A DNA stretch of 63,012 nucleotides from Eubacteriales bacterium. GTDB lineage: Bacteria; Bacillota; Clostridia; Oscillospirales; CAG-272. Under the pieces are notes generated by a model, which was not told the origin of the DNA, did no database searches, and worked only from the letters and a program-made list of their open reading frames with translations. The stretch covers positions 1-63,012 of the forward strand of contig JAZLAO010000143.1 in NCBI GenBank assembly GCA_045613205.1, read 5' to 3'. Made by a program: the position numbers and the translations under genes. Positions 29,101 to 38,409 of the stretch are shown in pieces; positions within the stretch are counted from its first letter, which is position 1; every line of letters starts with the position of its first letter.

Positions 29101-30468
29101 CCTTATGTGCAGTGAAAGCTGGTAGCCGTTAAGGTCGAGATATACGTTGCCCTCGCCTATGGATGTGCTAGCGGACATAACCACACTGACGTCGGAGAGA
29201 AGCTTTATAGCGCTGCCGTTCTTCATGTCATCGAGAGTTGTCAGAAATTTATCATTTGACACGAGCGTATAAGCGTCTTTGCCGGAATCGAAATAGAGGA
29301 ATTTTCCCGAAGCCTCCGCCTCTTTCGAGCTCTTTTCCGGATCAGTGGTGTTATTCTCTGCATAGTAGTTAAGCTCAAGATTGTCAAACGCGAACGAGTA
29401 TTTGTCGTACATTTTTTCGCCCGGGATTCCGGCTTGCGTGTTATCTTTATAAAACTCCATCTTCAACTGATAGAATACGTTATATTTAGCAGCGTTCGTA
29501 ACAGTAGCTCCATCTCTTGTGAAAGAGGACCAGCTGCTGAGAGTTTGCGCATATTCACCGTTGACGTAAAGCTTGGGAGTAATAACTGACTCGACAACGT
29601 CGTTATAGGTTTCGCCTTCGCTTACTTCAAAAACGAATGAGATATGGTCAAAAACGCCGATTTCACCTGAAAGCTTGGCATTTCCCAAATACCAACCGTC
29701 ACTCTTCTTTGTAACGGAAACACCGGCAGCTGCGTTCTGTTTCCAATAAGTATTGCTGCTGGAAGAGAGCAGATTCTTATTATTGCCCGATGCGTCTACT
29801 TCGTTCAGGTTTGAATCGTCCTGCAATGAAGACTGGAATACAGGAGTAAGTTTAAGATCTGTGGGATATGCAAGTGTTTTTGCCTCTAAAACAGCTTTTA
29901 TTTCCTCGTCTGTGAAGTTTTTAGCCGCAAGCTCAGCTTTGATTACGTCGTCGCTGGAAGCCGTTTTGTATACGGTCGTTCCCTCGTATACATAGGTGTA
30001 CGCCCATGCGTCAGCACCGAAATCGAAGTCGAGGGTTATGGACTTAAAATTCGAAACATCGGCTGCAGAGCTGTAATTGGAGTATGCTCTCCATCTTATC
30101 GTTGCTTCGCGCTTAATCTGGGCTGCGATTTCATTTTCTAATAAAGAAGAATAGAATGCGCTCGGATTGTCAAGTGCACCTGCGGTATAGTGTATCCGCG
30201 CGTAAGTGTTTCCTTTCCCGTCAGATACGTGTGAAATAGTAATAAATTCACTTTTTTTACTGTTCTCCGAGCCAAAGAGCAGACCTGAATTTGAAGATGC
30301 AAGGTATTCAGTCAGACCGTTAGGTCCTACCGTGCAATCGTCGATTACCGATTCTGCTATAGCCAGTGTTTTGCCTGCGTTTTCCGCTGACGCAAAAAGC
30401 ACTGCTATTGCGCTGAAAAGAAGACAAACAGACAGTAAAACTGCAAGTAGTTTAGAGCGTTTAGACAT
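23116..30468 (-). CDS. Giant secreted multidomain protein: signal peptide, unknown N-terminal domains, beta-helix core homologous to 54345-63012 array, DxDxDG repeats, BspA-type LRR, Cys/His repeats
   Basis: [28 protein letters not shown]; shared motifs RLDAH, LRSDYG.TW.G, NWDFGY; [21 protein letters not shown]; [14 protein letters not shown] repeats. Confidence 0.8.
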   Translation of the reverse strand: MSKRSKLLAVLLSVCLLFSAIAVLFASAENAGKTLAIAESVIDDCTVGPNGLTEYLASSNSGLLFGSENSKKSEFITISHVSDGKGNTYARIHYTAGALDNPSAFYSSLLENEIAAQIKREATIRWRAYSNYSSAADVSNFKSITLDFDFGADAWAYTYVYEGTTVYKTASSDDVIKAELAAKNFTDEEIKAVLEAKTLAYPTDLKLTPVFQSSLQDDSNLNEVDASGNNKNLLSSSSNTYWKQNAAAGVSVTKKSDGWYLGNAKLSGEIGVFDHISFVFEVSEGETYNDVVESVITPKLYVNGEYAQTLSSWSSFTRDGATVTNAAKYNVFYQLKMEFYKDNTQAGIPGEKMYDKYSFAFDNLELNYYAENNTTDPEKSSKEAEASGKFLYFDSGKDAYTLVSNDKFLTTLDDMKNGSAIKLLSDVSVVMSASTSIGEGNVYLDLNGYQLSLHIRKTTAGGGSAGGNYVSLNAESNTNFYVYSSDNENVASIHAIHTMEDDANTERGKFAPIFGMRKGGVKNAHIYLGDVNDGNPDGKNVNNDNVPVLSHTLDESGALASAEKIFNVYCDGDNIETYAPRLFSGERDSTSAPAASSSFYVGGGTHYSVSALSGAMIDVSTGTDISANGARFISTVNGAVLNFARNEKIVGSNYYASPADGDVEMTNCTLYTDGTVLSGVYESDYDEEHHTKASHVKLEGCTLIGSTIHTLKKGEPEYIDCKFSTLPTESYENNNSAVLARTSVLENIISFSAKWSGFWDITEISEKQIPVLYTLTNSSDCVDITWVVDGNATTEKWVNSDVYPAHAFSAPSSDVYTYDYLPKITTTKESGDCTYTLTPIIKFTVQANVFLHSSFTFNLYIPKTAGDSDTITGKWIESADGTRLADVTFDESKTQVISGVEHYVVSQDILATEGDSEYRLVIEMKGAFGETVTKELEFSIFDYADKVEAANFTDSAKDLVRATRTYIKATMNYFAYVDNKVLPYKDVDTQSLLDIASNNKNDTQIKENSEAPYFSGATLSPGKQVGFVFYFTDNAGGNVTFSYTENLKRVEKTVDVSGGSAYVLYLRAADLCERITADINGDGDADYSYSLANYLFAKQDANDTLVALNGAIWAYSEAARAYIKDTSTPDTPTVNISIAGEEVNSENYVIVADLEEYGVAKALKDAILTKTGKRLDILRHTPAGKNGIYVNLTEPTHDYDFEVRVNGKSLVINCSFKSFIENGMANFINKNIATLNKSFDFGSTFTDSYYTDKIYYSDFGVPTVDMSLLEEKEITTDINQWYNDDVCCSGEHTVLDKIKESGVLETALYALIETHDFANASKRHTVCADNSAIYYINTADIKTVNKTPHNQIVIETNVNWGNARFILDDSELQKSSGEDVFVVKSHLEASTITDEATLEAIASQAVNLTPTTKKIDLTLGYRAMIVTLNSEHKVFRRQGAYRGSGNLEGEAMQELIVIDEKGNLDPTTPPIFTYSNLDSLTVYNIDIPKITISGGNITTIVPEFITQGRIEDRIQIGRGFDVQRPNTRVENLNHNIIGEHKLQITEENGVKKQVQMNGATYSGFFCATNTSDVTFYNCKLQGRRLYASGRSSYEISIYMVNNCVFDTCEQTNFYVNPDTYFADAEISNNTQLSLSPLNSNFLQPCWGTMGGNNLKNFAYVNSRIARLDAHKGLCNGKIINSDVQLIAIGGWGDFTVENSNIHSSGTLMSLRSDYGYTWNGTLTLKNVAALYSSGTQKIVSSQFTNWDFGYKCQFPDVLIDGLTYYKTLGTKEITGNDLLKRENGDVVTAETVDQINMYGHNFVSEPNLHLEETANTLSIYKMMIGDKNGDGIMDGSEKLPWNDGKISGSLHHNSIKVEFTKTSTYVLPMSQFEKDGITEIITEIVSGYKKYPVVDADNDGYVDDSTKFDVNGDGKVGIYTLDPEHGIPMSAFEDTDTEEIETEIPASYKKYSIVDKDLDGYVDNSFHFDVNGDGVVIPGAGAKVDSDGNVIEDTEEDGNGEEEILKYEMELTNIQGILHSEIVEKAGDYVDYAFRYNGGKENRNIITPPTSITVVNNTQGYNYYSYLDAAKVASTFFNDTAISIGLKYEVSEDGTYAKVVGYNGTATEVVIADEYNGLPVKLIDNEAFKSSSITSITIPKSVTRIGTGAFRYCSGLVSATFENPYDWFLADSLDATSGTELTLDNNDKEGNATALRANLYKYWICGTDVHEHAPLNTVEENLTEATCTENGSYDSVVYCSCGEELSRETILIDAKGHTEVTDEAVAPTCTETGLTEGKHCSVCGEVTVKQTVVDATGHTEVTDEAVEPTCTETGLTEGKHCSVCGEVTVTQEIVPAAHTNVVTDEAVAPTCTETGLTEGKHCEACGEVIVTQETVPAAHTNVVTDEAVAPTCTETGLTEGKHCEACGETIKEQEVVPATGHHYVGDSCEHCGAESPYGYKEEDSPLIPIG
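23200..23850 (-). repeat. Four ~123-nt (41-aa) tandem Cys/His repeats plus one degenerate copy
   Basis: accgcaagcctcgcagtgcttaccctcggtaag recurs at 23248 and 23371 (period 123); unit [24 protein letters not shown]. Confidence 0.9.
24540..24840 (-). repeat. Two 180-nt (60-aa) repeats with DxDxDG calcium-binding-like motifs
   Basis: [24 protein letters not shown] / [24 protein letters not shown]; ttttgtagc at 24621 and 24801. Confidence 0.75.
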
Positions 30469-30502
30469 AATATTTCTCCTAAATATAAAATATATCAAAT
30501 CT

Positions 30503-30531
30503 ATTATATCATGCAAATTGTTTGGTGTCAA
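30503..30531 (-). promoter_or_regulatory. sigmaA promoter of giant gene
   Basis: TTGACA-17-TATAAT with extended TG. Confidence 0.8.
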
Positions 30532-30576
30532 GAAAAAAATGGAAGCTAAGACGCATTACGTTTAAAAAGCTGTTTC

Positions 30577-30611
30577 AAAAAAATGAGAGCAGCCCAATTT
30601 GAGCTGCCCTC
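30577..30611 (-). terminator. Terminator closing the phage-like operon
   Basis: Minus strand GAGGGCAGCTC-aaatt-GGGCTGCTCTC followed by ATTTTTTT. Confidence 0.7.
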
Positions 30612-30664
30612 CGGCAAAAAGAAATACCCTTTTGTCTTTTTAATGTTGTATTGAAAATGCTTGG

Positions 30665-31489
30665 CTAAACAGTTTTTAAGAATGCATCGAGGAGTCTTGT
30701 TTTGGTTTCAAGCCATAGCGTGATTCTGTGCTTTTTATAATTATATCGCGAGACGTAGCCCTTGAATCCGATGAGCAGGAGCGAGGAAAGCTTGAATATT
30801 CCGTCTAAAATCACGCCTATCGAGAGATTGTCCTTCGTCGTCAGGATTACTGAAACCGTGACTGTCATACAGACCGTCGTCGGCAAAAGCTTCAGCACCA
30901 TAAACGCAAATCTGAATTTTTCGGGGTTCGAAAGCTCGCTTCTTTCCTTTGATTGCTCATGTGAGAGCAGGGCTTTCGGTGTCAAGGATATTGCGCGGAA
31001 TTTATCTGCTCGGCGAAATACACGCAATGCCTTTTTGGTTTGCTTTTTGCCTTGCCTGTAGGCTTCGTATTCGTCGGTTCCGTACCCGTATCCGATAAGA
31101 AAGCTTTCGCGCCTGTATTTGAGCTCGTCGGCAGAGTAGCTTTGAGAAAATTTTCTTAGTGCCGAGATTTTATCTCCGCCTATCTCTTTGCAAAGCTCGT
31201 TGTATTTGCCGAGAGCTACCTTGTATTCCTCGCACCGCTCGCCCGCGTTTTCGCCCGCCTCGGTCATTGAAAAATACATCAGATATGAGGAAATCAGCAT
31301 AATTAGCAGAGTCGTAGTAAAGCTTTCGGTGCTGAAATCTGCCATTTTTATGTCGGTGAAAAGTACCAGAGCTGAAACTATAAGAGTGATAGAGGCAACT
31401 ATGCGCCCCACGTTGTTGATAAGCAGCGCGGTGCCTCGCCTCATAATTTCTCCCGATTCGAGAAGTGAAAGCTCGAACTTATCCTTCAT
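30665..31489 (-). CDS. Membrane protein, ~4 TM with cytoplasmic helical loop
   Basis: Two N-terminal and two C-terminal hydrophobic helices. Confidence 0.7.
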   Translation of the reverse strand: MKDKFELSLLESGEIMRRGTALLINNVGRIVASITLIVSALVLFTDIKMADFSTESFTTTLLIMLISSYLMYFSMTEAGENAGERCEEYKVALGKYNELCKEIGGDKISALRKFSQSYSADELKYRRESFLIGYGYGTDEYEAYRQGKKQTKKALRVFRRADKFRAISLTPKALLSHEQSKERSELSNPEKFRFAFMVLKLLPTTVCMTVTVSVILTTKDNLSIGVILDGIFKLSSLLLIGFKGYVSRYNYKKHRITLWLETKTRLLDAFLKTV

Positions 31490-31859
31490 TTTTCCACTCT
31501 CCCACCCTCTTATATCTCTCTGCTAGCTTGAATAACATAGCACCGAGGAGGTTAGATATGAATCCAACGAAGCAAATTACCTTCATTTCCTCTGCAATTT
31601 CCGATAGCATGAAGAAGATAACAAATGCGAAAAACCACATGAGATAAGCAGCGGGTGATTTCAATGCTTGCTTTACAAGCTTTATTACGGGAACTGCTGC
31701 CATAAGTATGAGCGTGAGGGAAAAACCTGAGATTACTGCCGTCGCGCCTCTGTTTGTCCATATCGGAAAATAAAAAGCTATAGAAGATAAGACCGGCAGA
31801 ACAGACAGTAGAAGTCCGACAGCGTAAAGCAAATAAAACTTACGCTTAGGCTTATTCAT
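31479..31859 (-). CDS. Small polytopic membrane protein (4 TM; holin-like topology possible)
   Basis: Basic N-terminus then four hydrophobic helices; GGAGG RBS before ATG 31859. Confidence 0.65.
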   Translation of the reverse strand: MNKPKRKFYLLYAVGLLLSVLPVLSSIAFYFPIWTNRGATAVISGFSLTLILMAAVPVIKLVKQALKSPAAYLMWFFAFVIFFMLSEIAEEMKVICFVGFISNLLGAMLFKLAERYKRVGEWKNEG

Positions 31860-32433
31860 CGGACTTTTCCTCCGTGTCAAGAAGCCTTTTCTTCATTGCG
31901 GATATTTTTTCTCCTACAGCCTCCTTCTGAAACAGAGGAATAGAGCTTGACATAAAGATGTCGTAAAGCATATCTATCTGCGATTCCAGAATTATTTTCA
32001 TATCCTCAGCACTTTTTTTATCCTCTATCGCCTCGCTGAGCCTTTTTTCAACGCAGTCAAGCTTTTCCGAGAGAGAGGAAAGACACTTTTCGGTGTCAGT
32101 GAGCTTGTCCTTTGCCTCGGTTAGCGTTTTTACCGACGCTTCGCTTGCTTTGTCGGCTTCTTCCTGCAGTTTAGTTACTGTAGCACCGAGCGTGTTAAGC
32201 CCGCCTTTTATGAGGGGAACAATTCCCGAACGGTATGTGAATGCGAGGAAAAGGGAAGCGCAGAAAGCAAGAGCCGAAAGTATTTTGTCGGAGTGCTGTA
32301 AAATCAAAGAATAAACATCTGCAAAGACGTTTGATTCCGCTGAGGCTTCCTGTCCATCGCTCGCAAGGACGCTGACCGACAGAAGCGAAAATATAAGAAA
32401 TACTGTTAGTGTAACTGTTAAAACTTTTTTCAT
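31852..32433 (-). CDS. Membrane-anchored coiled-coil protein
   Basis: Signal-like N-terminus, second TM, heptad-rich C-terminal half. Confidence 0.7.
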   Translation of the reverse strand: MKKVLTVTLTVFLIFSLLSVSVLASDGQEASAESNVFADVYSLILQHSDKILSALAFCASLFLAFTYRSGIVPLIKGGLNTLGATVTKLQEEADKASEASVKTLTEAKDKLTDTEKCLSSLSEKLDCVEKRLSEAIEDKKSAEDMKIILESQIDMLYDIFMSSSIPLFQKEAVGEKISAMKKRLLDTEEKSDE

Positions 32434-32449
32434 CTGATTATTCCTTTCT

Positions 32450-32845
32450 TCAAAAAGTGATTTTTCTTTCTGTTTTGTTTTCTAATTCCCCGAGTGCTTT
32501 TTCAATGGCGTCCATACGGTGAAGAATAGCATCGACGGTAATCGACAGTCTTCTCACATAATCCGAATCGGGCGCTTTTTGAATAACAGCACCGTGCTTG
32601 AATATGAATCCTTCGATTTTGTGCATACCCCCACCCGTGTAAAGCTTTGGCGCAATTTCTCCTTCAGGAAGACGCGCTGATATAATTCGGCAGACACCGC
32701 CGCAAATATCGAATACCGAGTTTGAAATCAGAAGCTTTCCGTCAACGGGTTCTTCAAATTCAAATGTAATTTCTTCACCGGGATGATTGGAAATTTCCGA
32801 GATTTCATATCGCCCGAGAATCTTTTTGTAAAAAATAGTAGTCAT
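32450..32845 (-). CDS. Hypothetical protein (beta-rich N-term, short coiled coil C-term)
   Basis: ORF with GGAGG RBS in operon. Confidence 0.6.
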   Translation of the reverse strand: MTTIFYKKILGRYEISEISNHPGEEITFEFEEPVDGKLLISNSVFDICGGVCRIISARLPEGEIAPKLYTGGGMHKIEGFIFKHGAVIQKAPDSDYVRRLSITVDAILHRMDAIEKALGELENKTERKITF

Positions 32846-32854
32846 TTTACCTCC

Positions 32855-33241
32855 TTAGAGCGAAAGCTTGAGCTTATCGGCTATCTTGTCGACGTCAGCT
32901 CTCAGCTTGATTAAGTATTCAGCGAGGTTTCCGTTAGGTGCTGCAAGATATGTCAAAAGGTTTCCGTTTAAGACGTCGGAGAAAAAATCGGCAAGGGTTT
33001 GTGTATCGAAAAGTCCTGTCTTTATTGTATCTGTTACGCTTCCGCCTTCTTCTCCGCGAATATCCAATATAAGCTCGTTGTATTTTTCCACAAGGAAAAG
33101 CGGAAGACTGTCAAAAGCTTCTTTCAGCTCGGTTGCGGTATATCCCTTTCCGCCGAAGGCGGCGGGGGCGGTCGGTCTTGTCGGCAGAGAAGCGACCTTT
33201 TTGTCGTTTATATCTCCGTCTGTGATTATCTTTGATTTCAT
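32855..33241 (-). CDS. Hypothetical protein, possible tail-fibre anchor domain
   Basis: SLPTRPT..TATELKEAFD motif; position after tail hub. Confidence 0.5.
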   Translation of the reverse strand: MKSKIITDGDINDKKVASLPTRPTAPAAFGGKGYTATELKEAFDSLPLFLVEKYNELILDIRGEEGGSVTDTIKTGLFDTQTLADFFSDVLNGNLLTYLAAPNGNLAEYLIKLRADVDKIADKLKLSL

Positions 33242-33253
33242 AGTTATCCTTTC

Positions 33254-35980
33254 TTAATTCTTTATTTTTCCTTTTACTGTGAACCGGTATATGATAGAGT
33301 AGATTCCAAAAGGAGAGGAATATTTTTCGGAATAGAACGCCACGTTTTTCTCAAGCCACCCTTTTTCTCTTTCTTTGAGCGCGAGTGTTGCATACTCAAG
33401 ATTTGCAAACGAGAGATTTTCAAAATCAAATTCAGCGAAGTTAAGAGCCGAGTCGGGAAGCTTTGCAACCTCTGTATATCCGCGTTTGTCCGTTCCCACC
33501 TCGCAGTTTATTTCGCTGCCTCCTATGCACCTTACCTTTACTACTAAGGAGTGCTTTACAGTGTTCTTCGTAAAGTTGGGTATTCCGCCGTTGTCTGATA
33601 CGGTTTTTAATGCATATCTCGGTGCGTGACCGTCGAAATTGTAAAAATAGGGATGGATTTCGTTACCGTAAAAATTTTTGTATTCCTCTTCGTTGAAGTC
33701 TGACTGTCCCTTGAGAAAATCAGGAGCTACGCCTCTTTTATCGTTGTTAAATAAACAGAGGTCACCGCTTTCCGTTCCAAAGAACAGCAGGTTGCTTTCG
33801 GTTGCAAACACGCAGCAAGCAGGTGAGAAAACACCGCCGCGCAGTTCGCCGTCGGTATACGCTGCGTATTTAGTTCCGTTTTCATTCGTGTAGTATACGG
33901 CTTTATTATTTTGGTTCATCGTCAGATAAACGGTAGTGGCAACCTCTTGATTAGTCTTCGTCGGATGGACGGAATATCCATCTTCCGCGTGCTCTGCATA
34001 CCTGAAGATTTTTGTCGCTTCACGGTATGTTCCGATTCCCGAAAGGTAATACCACTCGTATTCGCTCTTTCCCTCCGCGTTCGTATATATATCTCTCGAA
34101 TCGGCAAGATATAAATGTTCACCGGCCTGCAGAACGAGATATCCGCACCACTTTGTCATAGTGGCATTTTCAAGGTCTTCACGCAGAAGCCGCGGATTTA
34201 CGTTGCTTGAGCGTACGGCAATGCTTCTGTCTAGATTTATAATTTTCTTGTCCAGAGCCGTAACTCCGAGCGGGGATAGGAACAATGGGTCGTCAAAAAA
34301 TGATATTGACTCTCCTACAGCGCTTATTCCGCTGTGTATATATGACACGGGGTATATCTTTGGTAAAATATTAACTCCGGTTTCTTTGGGCGTGTGGTAA
34401 TATATACTTCCGCCGCCGTCATCGCCCGACTTAAATACAGCGAGAGAATCTCCTGTTGCAAGCAAAGATTTAACCGTGTAGTTTCCCGTTCCGTCATTAA
34501 AATAATTTAGAATTCCGAAATAGGTAGGGTTGTTTCTGCCGGTGTTATCACGCGAGGAATAAAAAACGGTGTTCGGCAGCTCCGGGTTGCCCGAAAGAAA
34601 CACTCTGCCGTCAAAGCATTCGCATACAGTACAGCCCACTATGGCACTTCTTCCGCTTATTGTGCCTCCGTTTTCTGCAATAAAATTCGTTCCGACAGAG
34701 TTTGTCGTGAATTTTGAGCTGTTTGAAGTACCTAAAATTTCGACTTCCTTTCCGTCAAGCGAGCTTCTGTCAAGTGAGGTTATGGTAACAGCGGTATAGA
34801 GCGAGTCCACGGTTTTTGTGTTGAACGAAACCGTAACACCGTCAAGCGTTACTCTCTCTATAGCTTTTGCCGGGCTGAAAATCGGAATTTCAATAACGAG
34901 AGTGTTAAAGGCCACGTCGCAGTTGACGGTGTAACTGCTTAAATCTGTTTCGGTTTCTATTTTTGCAAATTCGCTTTCGCTTCCTTCGTAATCAAGAACG
35001 GTGAGGGAAGAACAGTTTTGGAAAACGTTTTTTTCGATTTTTTTAAGCGAGGCACCAAGCTGAACCTTTGTAAGCGACGTGCATCCGAAAAACGCCTCGC
35101 TGTCTATAAGCTCAATACCGGAACGGCACATAATACGCGTAAGCAGGGGACAGTGTCCGAAAGCATATCTTCCTATCTTTTTTACCGTATCAGGAAGCGT
35201 TACGGCAGAAATTCTCTGATTTGAATAAAATGCATAACTCGATATTTCTGTTACTTTATAGCTTGTGCCGTTTATTTTTGTATACGCGGGCACGTAGATA
35301 ACGCCACCGACATCGGACTGAATTCCCGAAACGCCGACCGTCCCATCTTCTTCCGACAGAATTTTATATATCAACCCCTCGGTTCCGAGGGCTAAATCGC
35401 CCGCTGAAGTGACAACGTATTTTTCATAAAATTTTTCCGTAAGAAGATTGCGTTGCTCGTATTCAACACCGTTGTAGAAAGTAGTGGGAATGTACGGAGC
35501 CGAGTAAGAGCCGTCGCTTATCGTAGAAACGGTGTTATTTTTATCTATTTTGACTATGCTGCGCCCATCCAGGATATATAGGCTGCCGTTAAATGTGAAT
35601 CCGCTGCTTTTTGTGTCCTTTACCGTCAGAATGGGATTTAGAGTCGTTGCGGATTCCTTATTTGAATCTAGGAAACGGTATAAATGCGAGCCTGCGTGTA
35701 CGACGTAATACAGATTGCCGTTTGCGACCTTGTGCGTATATATGGAGTGTATCTTTTCTCCGAATCCCAGAAGCTTTCTGTATCCGGGTACGCTTTCGAT
35801 AATTCCGTCACCGTCTCCCGCGTAGTCCTTATACATGTTTTCGAGATGGGAAAATCTGTATCGCTTTGCCATGCTGTCGAGTGTGGAAAAATCGACACCG
35901 CGCATGCCCGAATAGCTAACCGTATACTCAGCGCTTTTTGAAACTTTGTTTTTGTTTGTTGTTGCCATAACTATGCCCAC
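33254..35980 (-). CDS. Podovirus-type tail hub/nozzle protein (P22 gp10 / T7 gp12-like) with inserted BspA-type LRR domain
   Basis: N-terminal YSGMRGVDFS, beta-propeller-like repeats, position after adaptor; LRR cassette ~34920-35400; start may be ATG 35968. Confidence 0.6.
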   Translation of the reverse strand: MGIVMATTNKNKVSKSAEYTVSYSGMRGVDFSTLDSMAKRYRFSHLENMYKDYAGDGDGIIESVPGYRKLLGFGEKIHSIYTHKVANGNLYYVVHAGSHLYRFLDSNKESATTLNPILTVKDTKSSGFTFNGSLYILDGRSIVKIDKNNTVSTISDGSYSAPYIPTTFYNGVEYEQRNLLTEKFYEKYVVTSAGDLALGTEGLIYKILSEEDGTVGVSGIQSDVGGVIYVPAYTKINGTSYKVTEISSYAFYSNQRISAVTLPDTVKKIGRYAFGHCPLLTRIMCRSGIELIDSEAFFGCTSLTKVQLGASLKKIEKNVFQNCSSLTVLDYEGSESEFAKIETETDLSSYTVNCDVAFNTLVIEIPIFSPAKAIERVTLDGVTVSFNTKTVDSLYTAVTITSLDRSSLDGKEVEILGTSNSSKFTTNSVGTNFIAENGGTISGRSAIVGCTVCECFDGRVFLSGNPELPNTVFYSSRDNTGRNNPTYFGILNYFNDGTGNYTVKSLLATGDSLAVFKSGDDGGGSIYYHTPKETGVNILPKIYPVSYIHSGISAVGESISFFDDPLFLSPLGVTALDKKIINLDRSIAVRSSNVNPRLLREDLENATMTKWCGYLVLQAGEHLYLADSRDIYTNAEGKSEYEWYYLSGIGTYREATKIFRYAEHAEDGYSVHPTKTNQEVATTVYLTMNQNNKAVYYTNENGTKYAAYTDGELRGGVFSPACCVFATESNLLFFGTESGDLCLFNNDKRGVAPDFLKGQSDFNEEEYKNFYGNEIHPYFYNFDGHAPRYALKTVSDNGGIPNFTKNTVKHSLVVKVRCIGGSEINCEVGTDKRGYTEVAKLPDSALNFAEFDFENLSFANLEYATLALKEREKGWLEKNVAFYSEKYSSPFGIYSIIYRFTVKGKIKN

Positions 35981-36807
35981 CCGTCAGTTACGTGATATGA
36001 GTTGTCTATATGGCTTCGGTCGTAATACTTGACGGCTGACATAGCCTCTCTGTAAAGCGACATGTAGTATTGCGATTTTTCCGGATCGTCGTCAAGCCAT
36101 ACGTAAGATGCGGCAAGCAACGGCAGAAGATGTTCGCATCCGTCGGGAACAAAAATATCGTCATCGGGGTTTCCAAACAGCTTTTTCGGAGCTTTTTTGT
36201 AAACCAGGTTGATTTTTCCTGAATATCCGTCAGGGATTCTCATAATTCCTCCTCTTACTTCCGCATTCGCGATAGAAATTCCGTGCTCGTCAGTCGGTGC
36301 TGAAACGAATGAGAGAAAATCCGGAGCAAAATCGCGTATCGTGTATTCGCTATATTCCGAAAGTGTGGGTATATCTTCGGGTGAGTCTCCGTATATCTCG
36401 TCAAAGAGCGCGAAGTCGTATACTGAAAAGGAGTATTCGCCAACGAAATCGATTCTTCCTTCTCCGTGCAGAAAACCTCGGTGAAGAGCAGAATTTTGTG
36501 AAAATTCAAAGATTTCTTCCTTTTCTCCCTCGCAAATCTTGTATTTTCCTCTTCCGCAGGTTTTGAATGAGTAGGCGCGTGCCTTGTAGGAGAAGCTGTC
36601 GGTTTCACCGCCCTTATGTGAGAAATCACCGATTTTTGCTGTCGTAGAGACGGCAGGCTTGAAAATACATATCCTTTCATACGTAGGACGTTCGGTGTAA
36701 ATCAGCATAAGTGCGCGGTTGACAGCGGTTAGCATTCTCTCATCGGAATCGATTTCGGTTTCGAATCCTAGGGCTGCAATTTCTGTGCATAAATCTTTGT
36801 AGGTCAT
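35971..36807 (-). CDS. Head-to-tail adaptor-like protein
   Basis: Follows capsid; N-terminal helical MTYKDLCTEIAALG and C-terminal HLLPLLAASYVWLDDDPEKSQYYMSLY. Confidence 0.55.
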   Translation of the reverse strand: MTYKDLCTEIAALGFETEIDSDERMLTAVNRALMLIYTERPTYERICIFKPAVSTTAKIGDFSHKGGETDSFSYKARAYSFKTCGRGKYKICEGEKEEIFEFSQNSALHRGFLHGEGRIDFVGEYSFSVYDFALFDEIYGDSPEDIPTLSEYSEYTIRDFAPDFLSFVSAPTDEHGISIANAEVRGGIMRIPDGYSGKINLVYKKAPKKLFGNPDDDIFVPDGCEHLLPLLAASYVWLDDDPEKSQYYMSLYREAMSAVKYYDRSHIDNSYHVTDGWA

Positions 36808-36835
36808 TTTTTCTCCTTCCATAGATATTGGTAAA

Positions 36836-36875
36836 GAAAGGCGGAGCCGTATGATTCGGTATATCCGCCTTCCCT
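36836..36875 (-). terminator. Hairpin between capsid and tail genes
   Basis: Minus strand AAGGCGGA...TCCGCCTT followed by TCTTT. Confidence 0.55.
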
Positions 36876-36906
36876 CAAAAACTAATTAAATTGCAGTTTC
36901 AAGATA

Positions 36907-37962
36907 TCAAAGCTGGGTAGCGCCTGATATTGCGGTAGCGGAATCAACCGCAAGCATAATATGCTTGTAGGTGCCGAATCCAACACCGAAACGGCATCTT
37001 CCGTTCCATATGTAGTTGCCGGTATGGTTGTCTATCCAGCTTGAGACAGTGAGCGGAACGCGATTGAAGAACATATTGCCGGAAAGATTTTTATTAGCTT
37101 CGCTTGACATAATCATAACTCTGTCCTCCTTAGGCTGCCAGTTGGGAAGTATAACGACATTCCAGTTTCCAAAATGGAGGTTTATATCGTTATATCCGTT
37201 GCCGAGCGCACCCTCCGAGCCGCAAACCTTTTTTGCAATGGTTTCTGCGACAGGTCTGTTGCCGGGCAATACGAGAGTATCCGCGGTATAACCGAGGGGT
37301 TCTCCGTTTTCGTCCTTCATGTTTCTAAGCTTTACCGAAAGCTCGCCGAGAGCCTCTTCAAAAGCGGCAGTGGAGCTTACTCTCGCATCAGATGCACCGC
37401 TTGCAAAAATATCTCCCCAGAAAAAGTTTGACTGCGTTCCCTGCGAATTTGCGCCCCAGTTATGAGCGTCAGAGAAAAGTGGCGCACCGTCAGCAGTAGT
37501 AAGGTCGAGAGTTGCTTTTGCAAAAACGCTTGAGGGAGATGTTCCGTTAATAAGTGCATGCTCGCATATCTTGTTTATCGTTTTGTAGTAGGAGCGTGTA
37601 AAGTTCTCGGCTCTGCGCTTGGCATCGGCAGCAACACCAAAGTTTGCATCCTCCATCATTTCAGCTGTGATGGTAAACTCCTTCATAAACTGTATGTGCT
37701 CAATAAATTTGCGGTAGGTCTCCTCAATAGAATCGTTTTCAGCGCCGGCACCTTCCGTGACTGCCTGGAAAACGTCAAATTCGTTCTGGCCTATTATTGT
37801 CTCACCAAATCTTCCGCTTTTTTCTACGTTATAAAGCCAGGAGCATATTCCGCCCTTCTTGGTGAGAAGATCACTCTCATGCTCTATTATCATTTTGATG
37901 GGTGTTTCGAGCTTTCCTATTGCACCGTTCTGTGTTCCTGTTGATTTAGAATAAATTATCAT
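36907..37962 (-). CDS. Major capsid protein (HK97-fold, Mu gpT-like)
   Basis: 351 aa, HIQFMKEFTITAEMMED, PLGYTADTLVLP, FFNRVPLTV..Y.W.GR.RFG pattern; position. Confidence 0.7.
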   Translation of the reverse strand: MIIYSKSTGTQNGAIGKLETPIKMIIEHESDLLTKKGGICSWLYNVEKSGRFGETIIGQNEFDVFQAVTEGAGAENDSIEETYRKFIEHIQFMKEFTITAEMMEDANFGVAADAKRRAENFTRSYYKTINKICEHALINGTSPSSVFAKATLDLTTADGAPLFSDAHNWGANSQGTQSNFFWGDIFASGASDARVSSTAAFEEALGELSVKLRNMKDENGEPLGYTADTLVLPGNRPVAETIAKKVCGSEGALGNGYNDINLHFGNWNVVILPNWQPKEDRVMIMSSEANKNLSGNMFFNRVPLTVSSWIDNHTGNYIWNGRCRFGVGFGTYKHIMLAVDSATAISGATQL

Positions 37963-37980
37963 TTTTATCTCCTTTCAAAT

Positions 37981-38394
37981 TTACCATTTAAGAGCTACGA
38001 GTACTTTTTTTCTTGTGGCGGCTTCATCTTTCGAAATAAGCTTTGCGTCACTGCCATCTTCAGCTTCAACACCGGAAAGACTGTCTTCAGAGTCCAAATG
38101 GGCAATAATAGTGTCGCCCACATTTACGGCAGTGTAATCTTTGTATATGTCTGTTTCGAATATCATTCCTTCGGTAACAAAATAGCCTAGCAACTTAGTT
38201 TTTCCGCTGTTTTCAGGTACGCTTTCAAGAGGGATGAATTTAAGGTCGTCCTCATTGGTGGGATAGTTTTCTACTTTGCCTTGTGAAAAGAAGTAAAAGC
38301 TACCGGCGGTATATTGGTTTTTACCGTCTATATGGACATATGTTGGTTCCGGAACGTTAGTTCTCGCTCCGATAATTTTTATAAGTTTAAACAT
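37981..38394 (-). CDS. Putative capsid decoration/minor head protein
   Basis: 137-aa beta-rich ORF between scaffold-like and capsid genes. Confidence 0.45.
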   Translation of the reverse strand: MFKLIKIIGARTNVPEPTYVHIDGKNQYTAGSFYFFSQGKVENYPTNEDDLKFIPLESVPENSGKTKLLGYFVTEGMIFETDIYKDYTAVNVGDTIIAHLDSEDSLSGVEAEDGSDAKLISKDEAATRKKVLVALKW

Positions 38395-38409
38395 AAATAT
38401 TTCCTTTCT

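Noticed and set aside
23116-30468. Giant gene as part of the phage-like operon (tail fibre)
   Set aside because: Separated by a terminator, has its own consensus sigmaA promoter and a Sec signal peptide.
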